DNA of 64,000 nt, taken from assembly GCA_029265355.1 (NCBI GenBank), contig JAJUJL010000002.1, positions 152,879 to 216,878 of the forward strand, given 5' to 3'. Source of the stretch: Chloroflexota bacterium. Its GTDB lineage: Bacteria; Chloroflexota; Anaerolineae; Anaerolineales; UBA4823. Shown here piece by piece: positions 1-9,988 of this stretch. Every line of letters starts with the position of its first letter. Positions within the stretch are counted from its first letter, which is position 1. A model generated the notes under the pieces. It did not search any database. It saw only the letters and a program-made list of their open reading frames with translations, and had not been told where the DNA came from. The translations under genes were made by a program, and so were the position numbers.

Positions 1-662
1 CGCAAGGCGAAGACGCTTAACGCTTTGAACAAGGCGCCAGGACGGTTTTGCAGGCTGAACACAATCGAGGTTTTGTAGTCGCCAGACTCGGGATCATCCA
101 CATGAGCGGGTGTCAACGCCAGGGCCACGAAGCGGGTAAAATTGGCGGGATTGTCTTCCAGGTTCTCCAGCATGATCTGCAGTCCATACACCTCCGCCGC
201 ACGCCGCGAGGCAAGCGCAGCAGCCTGCAGATCGCCCCGTTCGCGCAGCAGCCTGGCACTCCCGGCAGTATCGGCTTCTGCTTCGCGCTGTAGCCCCAAC
301 CTGTTCAGGTTGGCTTCACATTGGGCTAAGGCCTGGGGGTGGGAATGCACCCGCACGATGTTCTCGAGTTTTGCGCCGGGCAGCGCCAGCAAACAATGTT
401 GCACGCGCAGATGATATTCTCCCACAATATGCAGGTTTTCGAATCTCAACATCAGGTCATAGTTGCGATGGATACTGCCTGCCAGAGAGTTTTCGATTGG
501 CGCGATCCCAAGCTGGCAGCGCTGGGCAGACACCGCCTCGAAGAGGGCATCGAATGTCGGGCATGGCAGGGTCTGGATTCCAGGGCCAAAGTACTCCAGG
601 GCAGCCAGTTCACTATAGGCGCCAGGTTCACCCTGGAAAGCGACAAGCTGAGTGTTATCCAT
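1..662 (-). CDS. pheA: Prephenate dehydratase (3' end runs off the window)
   Basis: Not in the ORF track. Manual minus-strand translation from ATG 662 gives [18 protein letters not shown]...[10 protein letters not shown]...SHPQALAQC...DTAGSA...NFTRF...[23 protein letters not shown], which carries the PDT motifs and the start of the ACT domain. Confidence 0.93.
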   Translation of the reverse strand, partial: MDNTQLVAFQGEPGAYSELAALEYFGPGIQTLPCPTFDALFEAVSAQRCQLGIAPIENSLAGSIHRNYDLMLRFENLHIVGEYHLRVQHCLLALPGAKLENIVRVHSHPQALAQCEANLNRLGLQREAEADTAGSARLLRERGDLQAAALASRRAAEVYGLQIMLENLEDNPANFTRFVALALTPAHVDDPESGDYKTSIVFSLQNRPGALFKALSVFAL

Positions 663-874
663 GTTCAGTTCCTAAAGGCTTGGTGCAAAAAAAGAATTCT
701 TCCGGTGAGCGTTTGCCATGAATTGTATCGCACAAGCGCAATAATCGAGCAGATACTTCAAAAATCACGCAATATTCAGACCAATTTGATATAATTAGGT
801 GACGACATTCCATCAACGCACCCCCGCTCAATAGCCCAGGCCAAGAGAATATATTCTCCTCCAGGAAGGTAAAA

Positions 875-2782
875 ATGAATAAGCTACTATCCTTGCTCAG
901 CATCACGCTTACCATTTTTGCATTCTTGTATACGGCTCCTTCGCAGGCTGTTGAGCGATTTCAAAGCCCTACAGCATCGCTACAGGTGATCGATCGTGAT
1001 GGTCGCCCGGTTGAGCAGATTGTCGATGGGGACCAAATCTCGTTGAGAGTTGAACTTGCCGAGGCATTGCACGATCCAGTCACGGTAGAGTTTTTGTTGG
1101 ATGGGGAGTTGATCGAGGCGGCAAAATGCGAAATATTGGTTGGCGAGAAAGCCTGCCAGACCGAAATGTTTCCCTCGTTGGGCTGGCATTGGCTACCAGA
1201 GGGAGAGTCACGCCCGAAAGCGACCCTGACAGCGACTGTAGGATCACAGAGGGATGTAACGGGGCAGGTTTCGGTCGTTGCCAGGCCGGTGGTTCTGGTG
1301 CACGGACTTAACTCAGATTGGCGCGCCTGGACGAATTATCTTGGCCCGAATGGGTACCTGGCCGGGATTGGATTGCAGGGTTTTGCTGTGGGCGATGGGC
1401 AGTTCCCGGGGGTATTGAATACCGGCAGCCTGGCCGACCCTACGAAACGCACAAACACCATTGCACAAAACGCAAAGATCCTTGGCGATTATATCGATGC
1501 GGTGCGAAAGGAGACCGGAGCGCAACAGGTCGATCTCGTAGGCCACAGTATGGGCGGGCTCATCTCTCGCTATTACCTTGATAAGTATATGGAGGAAGAT
1601 AAGGTAGCTCAGTTGATCATGCTGGGGACGCCGATGGCGGGCTCGGCTTGCGCTAATCTACCCGCATCGTTGGGTATCTTAATACCTGCTGTCTTCGAGA
1701 TCCGACCTTCTTATGTGAAAGATATCTTCAATCAGCAGATCACCCATCGCCGGGGTGTGCCCTTTTATATGCTGGCGGGCACCCAAATTGTTAAGGCATT
1801 GCAATCACCCTGTACGGATGTTCCGACTGATATTGTTGTTTCTGTATCCAGCGCCACGGCGATACCGCTGCATGCCAGAGACTTGCCATTATTGCATACT
1901 GCGCTCAACACTTCCAGGATAGTATTCGATGATTTTGTATCACCGCTGCTGAGATCGCCGGCCGGCAAAATTCCGGAGGAAAGCGATCCTCCGTTATCTT
2001 CTTCAGATGACCATACCGAACAATTTACCCGGGTTTATTCGGGGAAAATTGAAACGGGTGAAAGCCAGGAAATCGTTATTGCCATCGAGCCGGGTGTCAG
2101 TGTGGCAAGTTTTGCACTGTTCGATACAACGCGCTCTTTGCAGGTGCGCGTCACTGGGGCGAGCGGCAAGGAGATTGTACTGGACGAGGAGAAAAACGGA
2201 TTGATCGAAATTGATGATCCGAGCACGCTCGTGTACCTGGGATATGGATTTGAAAATCCAAAGCCGGGAAACTGGAGAGTTACGCTGCTCTCGTCAGAGC
2301 GCACGCCTCCTGAAGGCGCGCATTATGCCATTAGTGCGAGATTTTCCGGGGGCGCGCGCCTCAGCGCGGCCACCGATATTTTACTGCCCCAGGTAAACGA
2401 AAGTGTGCGCCTCAGCGCTCAATTCGAAATGTCCGCCCAATCAATCTCGGTCAGCGAGATGCGCGCCGTGATCCAAGGGCCAGCGGGCGATGCTCAAGTG
2501 TTTCCGCTGCAGGCCGGACAGGATGGGGTGTATGCGCTCGTATGGGCGCCGGACCAGCCTGGCCTGTACGGGATAGAGGTGCAGGGGCGTGGACGATTGG
2601 CGGACGGCATGGAGATCGACCGGGCGGCGTTCCTGGTGGTTGAAGCCCAGCCAGTGCCATCCGCGGAGAGCTATCCCGGGCGGGTCATCTTGGCCTGGGT
2701 GTTGGCAATTGGCGTCCCGCTTCTCTTGATGATCGCGGCAATCGTCGCCTGGCGACTCGTGCGATTGTCACGCGATAAATGA
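875..2782 (+). CDS. Secreted, C-terminally anchored alpha/beta-hydrolase (lipase/esterase-like) with beta-rich accessory domains
   Basis: N-terminal signal peptide, VVLVHGL oxyanion motif, GHSMGG nucleophile elbow, and a C-terminal TM helix followed by basic residues. Confidence 0.8.
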   Translation: MNKLLSLLSITLTIFAFLYTAPSQAVERFQSPTASLQVIDRDGRPVEQIVDGDQISLRVELAEALHDPVTVEFLLDGELIEAAKCEILVGEKACQTEMFPSLGWHWLPEGESRPKATLTATVGSQRDVTGQVSVVARPVVLVHGLNSDWRAWTNYLGPNGYLAGIGLQGFAVGDGQFPGVLNTGSLADPTKRTNTIAQNAKILGDYIDAVRKETGAQQVDLVGHSMGGLISRYYLDKYMEEDKVAQLIMLGTPMAGSACANLPASLGILIPAVFEIRPSYVKDIFNQQITHRRGVPFYMLAGTQIVKALQSPCTDVPTDIVVSVSSATAIPLHARDLPLLHTALNTSRIVFDDFVSPLLRSPAGKIPEESDPPLSSSDDHTEQFTRVYSGKIETGESQEIVIAIEPGVSVASFALFDTTRSLQVRVTGASGKEIVLDEEKNGLIEIDDPSTLVYLGYGFENPKPGNWRVTLLSSERTPPEGAHYAISARFSGGARLSAATDILLPQVNESVRLSAQFEMSAQSISVSEMRAVIQGPAGDAQVFPLQAGQDGVYALVWAPDQPGLYGIEVQGRGRLADGMEIDRAAFLVVEAQPVPSAESYPGRVILAWVLAIGVPLLLMIAAIVAWRLVRLSRDK

Positions 2783-2980
2783 TCTCGGCTCACGGAGAAG
2801 CGCTCACTGGCGCCCCCTTTATTTATTCACCCCAAGCACCAGTTGTTACAAGGTCTACGGGTATAATTGAATAAATGAGTTTGGGGTGGATTGGCAGGCG
2901 CAGCCTGCCAAAACATCTAACCCCCCAATTGTGTGTCAAATTGATCAAATCCCAAAAATGCAAAGATGGAGAAAATTGAA

Positions 2981-4432
2981 ATGTCAACGTATGATCTTGG
3001 CTTGATCGGACTGGCGGTCATGGGGCAAAACCTGGTCTTGAATATGGATGACCATGGGTATAAGATCGCAGTTTTCAACCGCACCTCATCAAAAACAACC
3101 GAATTCCTCCAAGGAGCGGCCAAAGGCACCCAGGTCGCAGGCGCTTACAGCATACCGGAGCTGGTCAGCATGCTCAAACGTCCTCGCCGGGTGATGTTAA
3201 TGGTGAAGGCGGGTAAGCCGGTGGATGATTTCATCGAGATGGTGCTTCCCTACCTGGAGAAGGGCGACATTATCATCGATGGCGGTAATTCGAACTATCA
3301 GGATTCGATACGGCGAACCGCTTACCTCGAGTCGAAGGGTATGCTCTTTATTGGCACGGGTATTTCTGGCGGCGAAGAAGGGGCGCGTTTTGGTCCCTCG
3401 ATCATGCCGGGAGGCTCGCTCCAGGCATGGCCGCATGTGAAAGAAATCTTCCAGAGCATAGCAGCCAAGGTGGAGGATGGCTCGCCGTGCTGTGATTGGG
3501 TGGGTGAAAACGGCGCTGGTCACTTCGTCAAAATGGTGCACAATGGCATTGAATATGGCGATATGCAGTTAATCAGCGAAGCCTATCACCTGATGAAGGA
3601 CGGCCTGGGCCTGAGCTATCCAGAAATGCAGGCCACCTTTGCAGAGTGGAACCGCGGAAAGCTGGACTCGTACTTGATCGAGATCACCGCAGATATCCTG
3701 GGATACCGGGATGAGGATGGCATGCCTTTGGTGGAGAAAATCCTGGATACGGCGGGGCAAAAAGGTACAGGCCGCTGGACGGCGATCTCTGCGTTGGAGA
3801 TGGGTGTACCGCTGACACTGATCACCGAAGCGGTGCATTCGCGTTCCCTTTCAGCCATAAAGGAAGAACGCGTCCATGCAGCACAAGTACTGCATGGGCT
3901 GACATCCCGCTTTCAGGGCGATGCTCAGGAGATGGTGGACCAGATTCGCCAGGCGCTGTACGCTTCGAAGATCATTTCATATACCCAGGGATACATGATG
4001 ATGCGCGCTGCAGCGGGGGAATATGGGTGGAACCTGAATTACGGAGGGATTGCGCTGATGTGGCGGGGCGGCTGCATTATCCGTTCGGCTTTCTTGGGAA
4101 AGATCAAGGATGCTTTCGATCGGAATCCGGCGCTGGAAAACCTGCTTCTGGATGATTATTTTCGCAACGAAGTGGTGGATGCTCAAGCAGCATGGCGCAG
4201 CGTCGTGGGTCAGGCAGTAGCGCTTGGCATACCTGCACCGGCGATGTCTTCTGCGCTGGCATTCTTCGATGGTTACCGACAGGCAAAATTGCCTGCTAAC
4301 CTGATCCAGGCGCAACGAGATTACTTTGGCGCGCACACCTACGAGCGTATCGATAAGCCACGCGGCGAATTCTTTCACACGAATTGGACGGGGATGGGTG
4401 GGGATGTGACCGCAGGTAGTTACGGCGCCTGA
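2981..4432 (+). CDS. gndA: 6-phosphogluconate dehydrogenase, NADP-dependent, decarboxylating
   Basis: GLIGLAVMG, IIIDGGNS, GHFVKMVHNGIEYGDMQ and QAQRDYFGAHTYER motifs. A GGAG SD favours ATG 2981 over 2966. TATAAT lies at about 2862. Confidence 0.97.
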   Translation: MSTYDLGLIGLAVMGQNLVLNMDDHGYKIAVFNRTSSKTTEFLQGAAKGTQVAGAYSIPELVSMLKRPRRVMLMVKAGKPVDDFIEMVLPYLEKGDIIIDGGNSNYQDSIRRTAYLESKGMLFIGTGISGGEEGARFGPSIMPGGSLQAWPHVKEIFQSIAAKVEDGSPCCDWVGENGAGHFVKMVHNGIEYGDMQLISEAYHLMKDGLGLSYPEMQATFAEWNRGKLDSYLIEITADILGYRDEDGMPLVEKILDTAGQKGTGRWTAISALEMGVPLTLITEAVHSRSLSAIKEERVHAAQVLHGLTSRFQGDAQEMVDQIRQALYASKIISYTQGYMMMRAAAGEYGWNLNYGGIALMWRGGCIIRSAFLGKIKDAFDRNPALENLLLDDYFRNEVVDAQAAWRSVVGQAVALGIPAPAMSSALAFFDGYRQAKLPANLIQAQRDYFGAHTYERIDKPRGEFFHTNWTGMGGDVTAGSYGA

Positions 4433-4452
4433 GCATTTGACCAGCACCGCCG

Positions 4453-4497
4453 CATCTCCAGCCTGTTGCGCGTAAGCGGGCTGGAGATGTTTTTTTG
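4453..4497 (+). terminator. Rho-independent terminator after gndA
   Basis: CATCTCCAGCC...GGCTGGAGATG stem followed by a T run. Confidence 0.8.
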
Positions 4498-4580
4498 CCA
4501 GACCGCTTACCATTTTGGAAATTTAGCGAAGCGGGCGCGAACGTGAGCAGACTGCACTCCGAAAAACCTATACAAAACCA

Positions 4581-4609
4581 TTGACAAATATTTACAAAAG
4601 ATGTACAAT
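4581..4609 (+). promoter_or_regulatory. Sigma70-type promoter of the ABC transporter operon
   Basis: TTGACA (4581-4586), 17 nt spacer, TACAAT (4604-4609). The ORF track used the -35 TTG as a false start codon. Confidence 0.8.
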
Positions 4610-4652
4610 GTTGGCTATCGGAAACCAAACAACAATTTCACGGTGGAGAATT

Positions 4653-5804
4653 ATGTCTGTTTATCTGGCATTCAAAGAAGTCTGGCGAAATCTTGGGCGC
4701 TATCTCTTGTTCAGCCTGGTCATCGCCTTGATCACCATTTTGGTGTTATTCATCGCTGCCCTGGCAGGTGGGTTGGCGAACGCAAACAAGCAGTTGATCG
4801 AGAAACTCGACGCTGACTTGTTGGTTTACCAGGAAAACGTAGATTTGCAGGTCACATCGAGCAGGTTAGGTAATCAAGCCTTGCGTGAGTTGCGGCGTAT
4901 TCCTGGTGTGGAAAGCGCAGGGCCGCTTGGTTTCGCCTCAGCAACAATCGTTTTTGACGACTCACGAGAACCGTTGGATATCTCCATGGTGGGCGTCGAG
5001 CCCGGTAAACCAGGCGATCCAGCCCTGATCGAGGGCACCGGTTTGCGCTCGCGGCGAGCGAACGATGCGGTGATCGACGTGAGCATTGCCAGGCAAACCG
5101 GTTTATCACTTGGCGACCGTTTCACGCTGCGCACAATCCAGGGTACAGAAGAAGAATATTACACTTTGATGGTTGTCGGTATCACTGACGAGCGCCAGTA
5201 TTTCTTTCAACCCTCAATATTCATGCCCCTGGCCACATGGGAAAAGATCAAGCCGCAGGCTGCCCCTGCCTCGGATCAAGAAACAATTTACAATGTGCTG
5301 GCGGTGCAATTAGAGCAGCCCGAGCAGGCGCAAGCTGTCGTCCGCGTCATCGCTGAGCGAGTGGCAGGGATCGAGGTCACCGATAAACAAACTGCGATCG
5401 AGGCGCTGCCCGGCTATTCTGCGCAGCAGAGTACGCTCAACACGCAGCAAGCCTTCACGCTTTTGATCGGTGTATTGGTTGTGGGAGGCTTTTTCCAAAT
5501 CCAGACGCTTCAAAAAGTCGCTCAAATTGGTGTTTTGAAGGCCATCGGCAGTTCGAGTGGTTCTGTGGCATTGGCGGTTATGCTCCAGATCATCCTGGTT
5601 ACAATCATTGGCGTCGGTATTGGCGCTTTGGGAACATTGCTGTTATCGTTGGGTTTACCAGGCAATATTCCCATCGTGTTCACCGGGGCAAGTGTGATTG
5701 GGGCGCTGGCACTGTTACTCTCTATCGGCCCACTGGGAGGCCTGGTCTCAATCCGGCTTGCGTTGCGCATAGATCCCCTGACGGCTATCGGGCTATCATC
5801 GTAA
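4653..5804 (+). CDS. FtsX/MacB-type ABC permease (HrtB-like)
   Basis: One N-terminal TM, a large extracytoplasmic domain and three C-terminal TMs. QIGVLKAIG motif. GGAG SD before ATG 4653. Confidence 0.85.
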   Translation: MSVYLAFKEVWRNLGRYLLFSLVIALITILVLFIAALAGGLANANKQLIEKLDADLLVYQENVDLQVTSSRLGNQALRELRRIPGVESAGPLGFASATIVFDDSREPLDISMVGVEPGKPGDPALIEGTGLRSRRANDAVIDVSIARQTGLSLGDRFTLRTIQGTEEEYYTLMVVGITDERQYFFQPSIFMPLATWEKIKPQAAPASDQETIYNVLAVQLEQPEQAQAVVRVIAERVAGIEVTDKQTAIEALPGYSAQQSTLNTQQAFTLLIGVLVVGGFFQIQTLQKVAQIGVLKAIGSSSGSVALAVMLQIILVTIIGVGIGALGTLLLSLGLPGNIPIVFTGASVIGALALLLSIGPLGGLVSIRLALRIDPLTAIGLSS

Positions 5805-5915
5805 GCTCGCTGAAGGTAGTTATTTCCGCAAAATAAGGTGACCCTGAGTGAAGCGAGGAATCTGGATTATCCGGTCGTTGCGCTGGCTCAGAATGAAAGT
5901 ACAAGGAAGGTAAGA

Positions 5916-6728
5916 ATGAAAGCTGCACTGCGCACAGAAGAAGTAACCAAAATTTACGGAAGCGAGAACGCTTCAGTTATTGCCGTAGATCACGTTTCTC
6001 TAGAGATTTTACCCGGCGAATTTGTCGCTCTGGTTGGCCCCAGCGGGTCTGGCAAGACTTCGATGCTGGCTATGCTGGCAGCGCTACTCTCGCCCACCTC
6101 CGGAAAAATATTCATCGGGGACGAAGAGTTGGGGCGCATGGGGGAGAAGCAGCGGGCACGTTTTCGGCGGGAAAAACTGGGTTTCACCTTCCAGGCGAAT
6201 AACCTGGTGCCCTACTTGACCGCTCGAGAAAATGTGGAATTGATGCTGCGTCTCAATGGCCAGTTGGACAAGGTGGGCAAAGCCCGCGCCCAGGAGCTTT
6301 TAGATAGGCTTGGGCTTGCCGAGCGGCTCAATAACCTACCAAGCCAACTCTCTGGCGGGCAACAGCAGAGAGTGGCGATTGCCCGTGCTCTGGTGCATAA
6401 CCCAGAGGTCGTTTTGGCAGATGAACCAACTGCCGCCCTGGATACGGAGCGCGCCTTCCAGGTGGTTGAGACGTTTGCCAATCTCATCCATGAACAGAAC
6501 AGAGCCGGTATCATGGTTACCCATGACCTGCGCATGACCCGCTATGTGGATAAAATCATTCAGATGGTAGATGGCAAAATTCAGCAGGTGATCAGCGACC
6601 CGGCACAAATCGAGGCTGTCGCATTGACCGGAAGCCTGGTCTCCGTTAGCCAGCCAGTTGCCTTGCCGGATTTTGAGTTAGCTAGCAATCGCATCCGATT
6701 CTCTGAATTTGCAATGTCGGCGGCGTAA
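5916..6728 (+). CDS. ABC ATP-binding protein, LolD/HrtA-like
   Basis: GPSGSGKT Walker A, LSGGQQQRVAIARAL, LADEPT and VTHD. AGGAAGG SD before ATG 5916. Confidence 0.92.
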   Translation: MKAALRTEEVTKIYGSENASVIAVDHVSLEILPGEFVALVGPSGSGKTSMLAMLAALLSPTSGKIFIGDEELGRMGEKQRARFRREKLGFTFQANNLVPYLTARENVELMLRLNGQLDKVGKARAQELLDRLGLAERLNNLPSQLSGGQQQRVAIARALVHNPEVVLADEPTAALDTERAFQVVETFANLIHEQNRAGIMVTHDLRMTRYVDKIIQMVDGKIQQVISDPAQIEAVALTGSLVSVSQPVALPDFELASNRIRFSEFAMSAA

Positions 6729-6748
6729 TCCTGACAACCCTGAAGGGT

Positions 6749-6785
6749 AAAAACTCCAGCAAGGGGAATGCTGGAGTTTTTCTTT
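6749..6785. terminator. Bidirectional terminator between the convergent ABC and MATE genes
   Basis: AAAACTCCAGCA-loop-TGCTGGAGTTTT. Confidence 0.75.
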
Positions 6786-6798
6786 CTTCTACAGCCCT

Positions 6799-8220
6799 TT
6801 AACCCGACGGTGTCTCTACCACTGGGTTCGCTACCGTCACTGCCAGGTTATGAATCCAGCGTCGAGTGCGCAGGCGGTGCACGCTGAACAGCCACTTTAC
6901 TAGCTCGTCTCCCAGGGCGAATGCATAAACCCAGGCAATGGGCAATTTCAGTAAGAAGGCGGCCAGGTAGGCCATGGGTACACCAGCCAGCCACATACCG
7001 GCGCTCTCGATCAGCAAGCCATAGCGAGTGTCGCCCCCGCTGCGAAAAGCGCCTATCAACAGCAGCATGTTGGACGAGCGCAACCACAGGGAGAAAGTAA
7101 TGACCAGCAGGACCTCAAATGCATATTGCCTGACCTGTGGGGTAACCTGGTATAGAGCAAAGACCGGTTTGGCGACGACCTGCAGCAATGCCCCAACGAT
7201 GATTCCGCCGGAGATAGCCAATGCCAGCGAGCGCACTGAGGTGCGGTAAGCCAATTCTTCATTACCCGAGCCGATTTGGTTGCCAACCAGGATCGCGCAG
7301 CCGTTTCCCAGGCCGATAAAAAATACAAACGCTAACGAATCCAGGCTGATCACCATGTTGTATGCTGCGTACTCTTCGGTGCCCATACGAGCATAGATGG
7401 CGTTGTAAGTGGTTATGCCAAACGACCAGATGAGTTCGTTGAGCGCAACGGGCAGCACCGGTCGGAGCACTTTCCAGACGAAGTCTGCCTGCAAGTCGGT
7501 TATTTCAGTGATCGAAGCTGCCAGAGGCGAACGTTGCCAGTAAACCAGGGCAAGCAGAGCGAGCATCTCCAACAATCGAGCGATGAGTATCGACCAAGCG
7601 CCGCCCAGAATACCCAGTTGCGGCAGCCCCCAGCGCCCAAAAATGAGCCCATAAGACAGAAAAACGCTCAATCCCAGCGCACCGGTGCTTACCAGCAAGG
7701 GTAAGCGCACCTCGCCGATGCTGCGCAGTACAGCCGAATATGCCAAAGTTCCTGCGCTGAACAGGAATGAAAAGCTGAAGACGCGTAAATAAGCGGCGCC
7801 CAGGGCGATCACTTCTGGATCGCGGGTGTACAGTTGCAACACAACGGCAGGTGATAGAAATGAGACCAGAAAGAAAATCAATGCCGAGGCAAGACTCAAC
7901 CACAGGGATAGCCCCAAGACCCGGCGAATGTCATCCAGATTTTGTTGGCCCCAAAGCTGGGCGGTGAATATCGCGGCACCGCTGTTGAATCCAAAAAGAA
8001 GCAGTTGCAGTAAAAAGAAGATCTGGTTTGCAAGGCCAACGGCTGCGATGGCGCTGTCTCCTAGCTGGCCAATCATAATACTGGCTGCCATACTCAGACC
8101 TGAGACGATGGCGCTTTGCATTGCAATCGGTGTGGCAAGGCGAAATATCTGGCTGAGGTAATCGTCTTTATTCAACCAATGGAGGACAGCCTTGCCATAA
8201 GCGATTAAACCGGTTGGCAT
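6799..8220 (-). CDS. MATE family efflux transporter
   Basis: About 12 TMs with internal duplication; AIAAVGLANQ, LRSIGE, LGILGGAWS and FRSGGDT motifs. Confidence 0.92.
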   Translation of the reverse strand: MPTGLIAYGKAVLHWLNKDDYLSQIFRLATPIAMQSAIVSGLSMAASIMIGQLGDSAIAAVGLANQIFFLLQLLLFGFNSGAAIFTAQLWGQQNLDDIRRVLGLSLWLSLASALIFFLVSFLSPAVVLQLYTRDPEVIALGAAYLRVFSFSFLFSAGTLAYSAVLRSIGEVRLPLLVSTGALGLSVFLSYGLIFGRWGLPQLGILGGAWSILIARLLEMLALLALVYWQRSPLAASITEITDLQADFVWKVLRPVLPVALNELIWSFGITTYNAIYARMGTEEYAAYNMVISLDSLAFVFFIGLGNGCAILVGNQIGSGNEELAYRTSVRSLALAISGGIIVGALLQVVAKPVFALYQVTPQVRQYAFEVLLVITFSLWLRSSNMLLLIGAFRSGGDTRYGLLIESAGMWLAGVPMAYLAAFLLKLPIAWVYAFALGDELVKWLFSVHRLRTRRWIHNLAVTVANPVVETPSG

Positions 8221-8256
8221 AGGCTTGATTTTACCTCACTGGTGCGTTATTTAAGG

Positions 8257-8291
8257 AAAACAAGGGGTGCAACTATTGGGTGCACCCCTTG
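8257..8291 (-). terminator. Terminator closing the otr-yeeE-fmdB unit
   Basis: CAAGGGGTGCA-loop-TGCACCCCTTG with a T tract on the minus strand. Confidence 0.7.
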
Positions 8292-8323
8292 CTCGCTGTT
8301 TCTTTCCGGCACACGGCCAGATA

Positions 8324-8557
8324 CTAAATACCTCAGGTGCTGGTTTTGCAGCTCGAACCGGCGGATGTCTGCGTGCTGAATGCGCCGCTGCCCAAAGCCA
8401 CTCCGCCGGCTTTCCGCGAGGCGAAGAGCGAAATTTTCTTGCGGATACTCTCACTTTTGCAGGTTGGACAGGTCAAGCCGTCAATGGCATCAGCGCTGCG
8501 CACCAGCTCTTCGAACGTTTCGCCGCAATGATCACAAAGAAATTCAAAGATGGGCAT
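8324..8557 (-). CDS. FmdB-family zinc-ribbon protein; probable selenoprotein (UGA at 8335-8333, then G-I-TAG)
   Basis: MPIFEFLCDHCG...CPTCKS...KKIS FmdB pattern and GGAGA SD. It ends at 8333 if the UGA is a stop, or at 8324 if read as Sec. Confidence 0.85.
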
Positions 8558-8737
8558 CTCAATACTCTCCCAAACAATTTTTCTTCAACGGTTGCTTTGC
8601 CAGCTATTTCACTGGGATTGCTGTCACAAAAATGTTCATGAGCACCGACGAAGCCCTGAAGTCAACCGCCATGATGATTGCCAAGTTCTTCTAAACACCT
8701 TGGGCAGTTGAATCAGCCAGCACAAGCTGGACGCTGA

Positions 8738-9970
8738 TTAGCCACAACCACCGCCGCTGGTGCCACGCTTGAATTCCAGCTTGATCTTGGGGGTGTATTC
8801 GATGTTATACTCACCTGGCAGTGGATCTGAGGCGTGATAAGCGGCTCCAAGGGCTGCATAAAACTCATAGCGTAACATATCATCCCCAGGTGAGGTGGCC
8901 AGGGGATGGATGCGCGAATCTTCTGCCCCAAACACTGCAATCCAATTGTTGATGCCTCCCTCCAAGATATACACATTGGGCACGCTCTCAGCGACCAGTA
9001 TCTTCCAGGCTTGAGTGGCAGCGGTTTCATCGTTGCTCATCACGACGAAGATCGTGTTTTTTGGTTCCAGGTGTAACTCTGGGATCAAGCCGGGCAGTTC
9101 ATCAAGCGACACCCTGCGGGAGTCGGCGATGTGAAAGAGATTGTAGTCGACCTCGGAGCGCACATCCAGCATGATTGTGTTGAGCTTATGATCATGAAGG
9201 GTTGCCAGAAGCTCGCCGGGGTGGATTTGGACTTCACGGGCATTCAACAGCAGTTCTTTCTCAGCCGCGATGCGATTCCATTTATCGGTTGTATCCGGCT
9301 GACCGATGATCATCACACCCAGAGCGGCTACCAGCAACGCTCCGGCAGCATAATAGCGTCCTTTCGGAGCCTGCTTAAGGTCGACTTTTCCAAAAATGCG
9401 CTCAAGCTGTTCGCCGCCCCAGAACATAAACAGCGCCATGAGCACAACCAATACCACCACTACGCCAGCCGGTAAACCCAGCCAATCCATGAGCGTGAAT
9501 CGGCCCATATAGGATGAATTGAAAAAGATGGCATACTTGTCGACGGTTTCACCGAACAGGAATATACCAAACAAACCACCCAGGGCAAAGAGAATGCCAT
9601 CCAGGCGAGCCACTGCTGCGGCGACCAGCGAGGTTCCAGGACAAAAACCACCGATGATGAAACCCACGCCCATGATCAAGCCGCCGACAATCCCGGGCCA
9701 CAAGTAAGTCGGGTTTACCCAGATCAGGTTGTAATCCAGCAGACCCAGGCTGGAAGCGGCAAAAATAAGCACCATAGCCACTACGATGGCCGTGAACATG
9801 ACCTTCAAGACGGTCAGATCTTTGAGGTAGAACTGAGCAGCCAGCTTGGGAGAATTGGCGAAGCCGGAAATTTCCAGAGCATAGCCAAAGCCAAAGCCAA
9901 TCAACACATAGAGCAGGTTGACACCTATCGGTTGCAGCAGTTGGTTTAAGTTAAGGGGAAACGGCGCCAT
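8738..9970 (-). CDS. YeeE/YedE (PmpB-like) sulfur-compound transporter half fused to a rhodanese-like domain with a C-terminal GGGCG
   Basis: GFGFGYALE and GGFCPGTS YeeE motifs; LDVRS..YNLFHI..S and VYILEGGINNW rhodanese fold motifs. Confidence 0.85.
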   Translation of the reverse strand: MAPFPLNLNQLLQPIGVNLLYVLIGFGFGYALEISGFANSPKLAAQFYLKDLTVLKVMFTAIVVAMVLIFAASSLGLLDYNLIWVNPTYLWPGIVGGLIMGVGFIIGGFCPGTSLVAAAVARLDGILFALGGLFGIFLFGETVDKYAIFFNSSYMGRFTLMDWLGLPAGVVVVLVVLMALFMFWGGEQLERIFGKVDLKQAPKGRYYAAGALLVAALGVMIIGQPDTTDKWNRIAAEKELLLNAREVQIHPGELLATLHDHKLNTIMLDVRSEVDYNLFHIADSRRVSLDELPGLIPELHLEPKNTIFVVMSNDETAATQAWKILVAESVPNVYILEGGINNWIAVFGAEDSRIHPLATSPGDDMLRYEFYAALGAAYHASDPLPGEYNIEYTPKIKLEFKRGTSGGGCG

Positions 9971-9988
9971 TGCATCGTGCTCCTTTCA

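Noticed and set aside
8380-8694. Plus-strand ORF ending ...MSTDEALKSTAMMIAKFF, possibly a gene remnant
   Set aside because: It overlaps fmdB antisense, has no SD and no recognisable domain.
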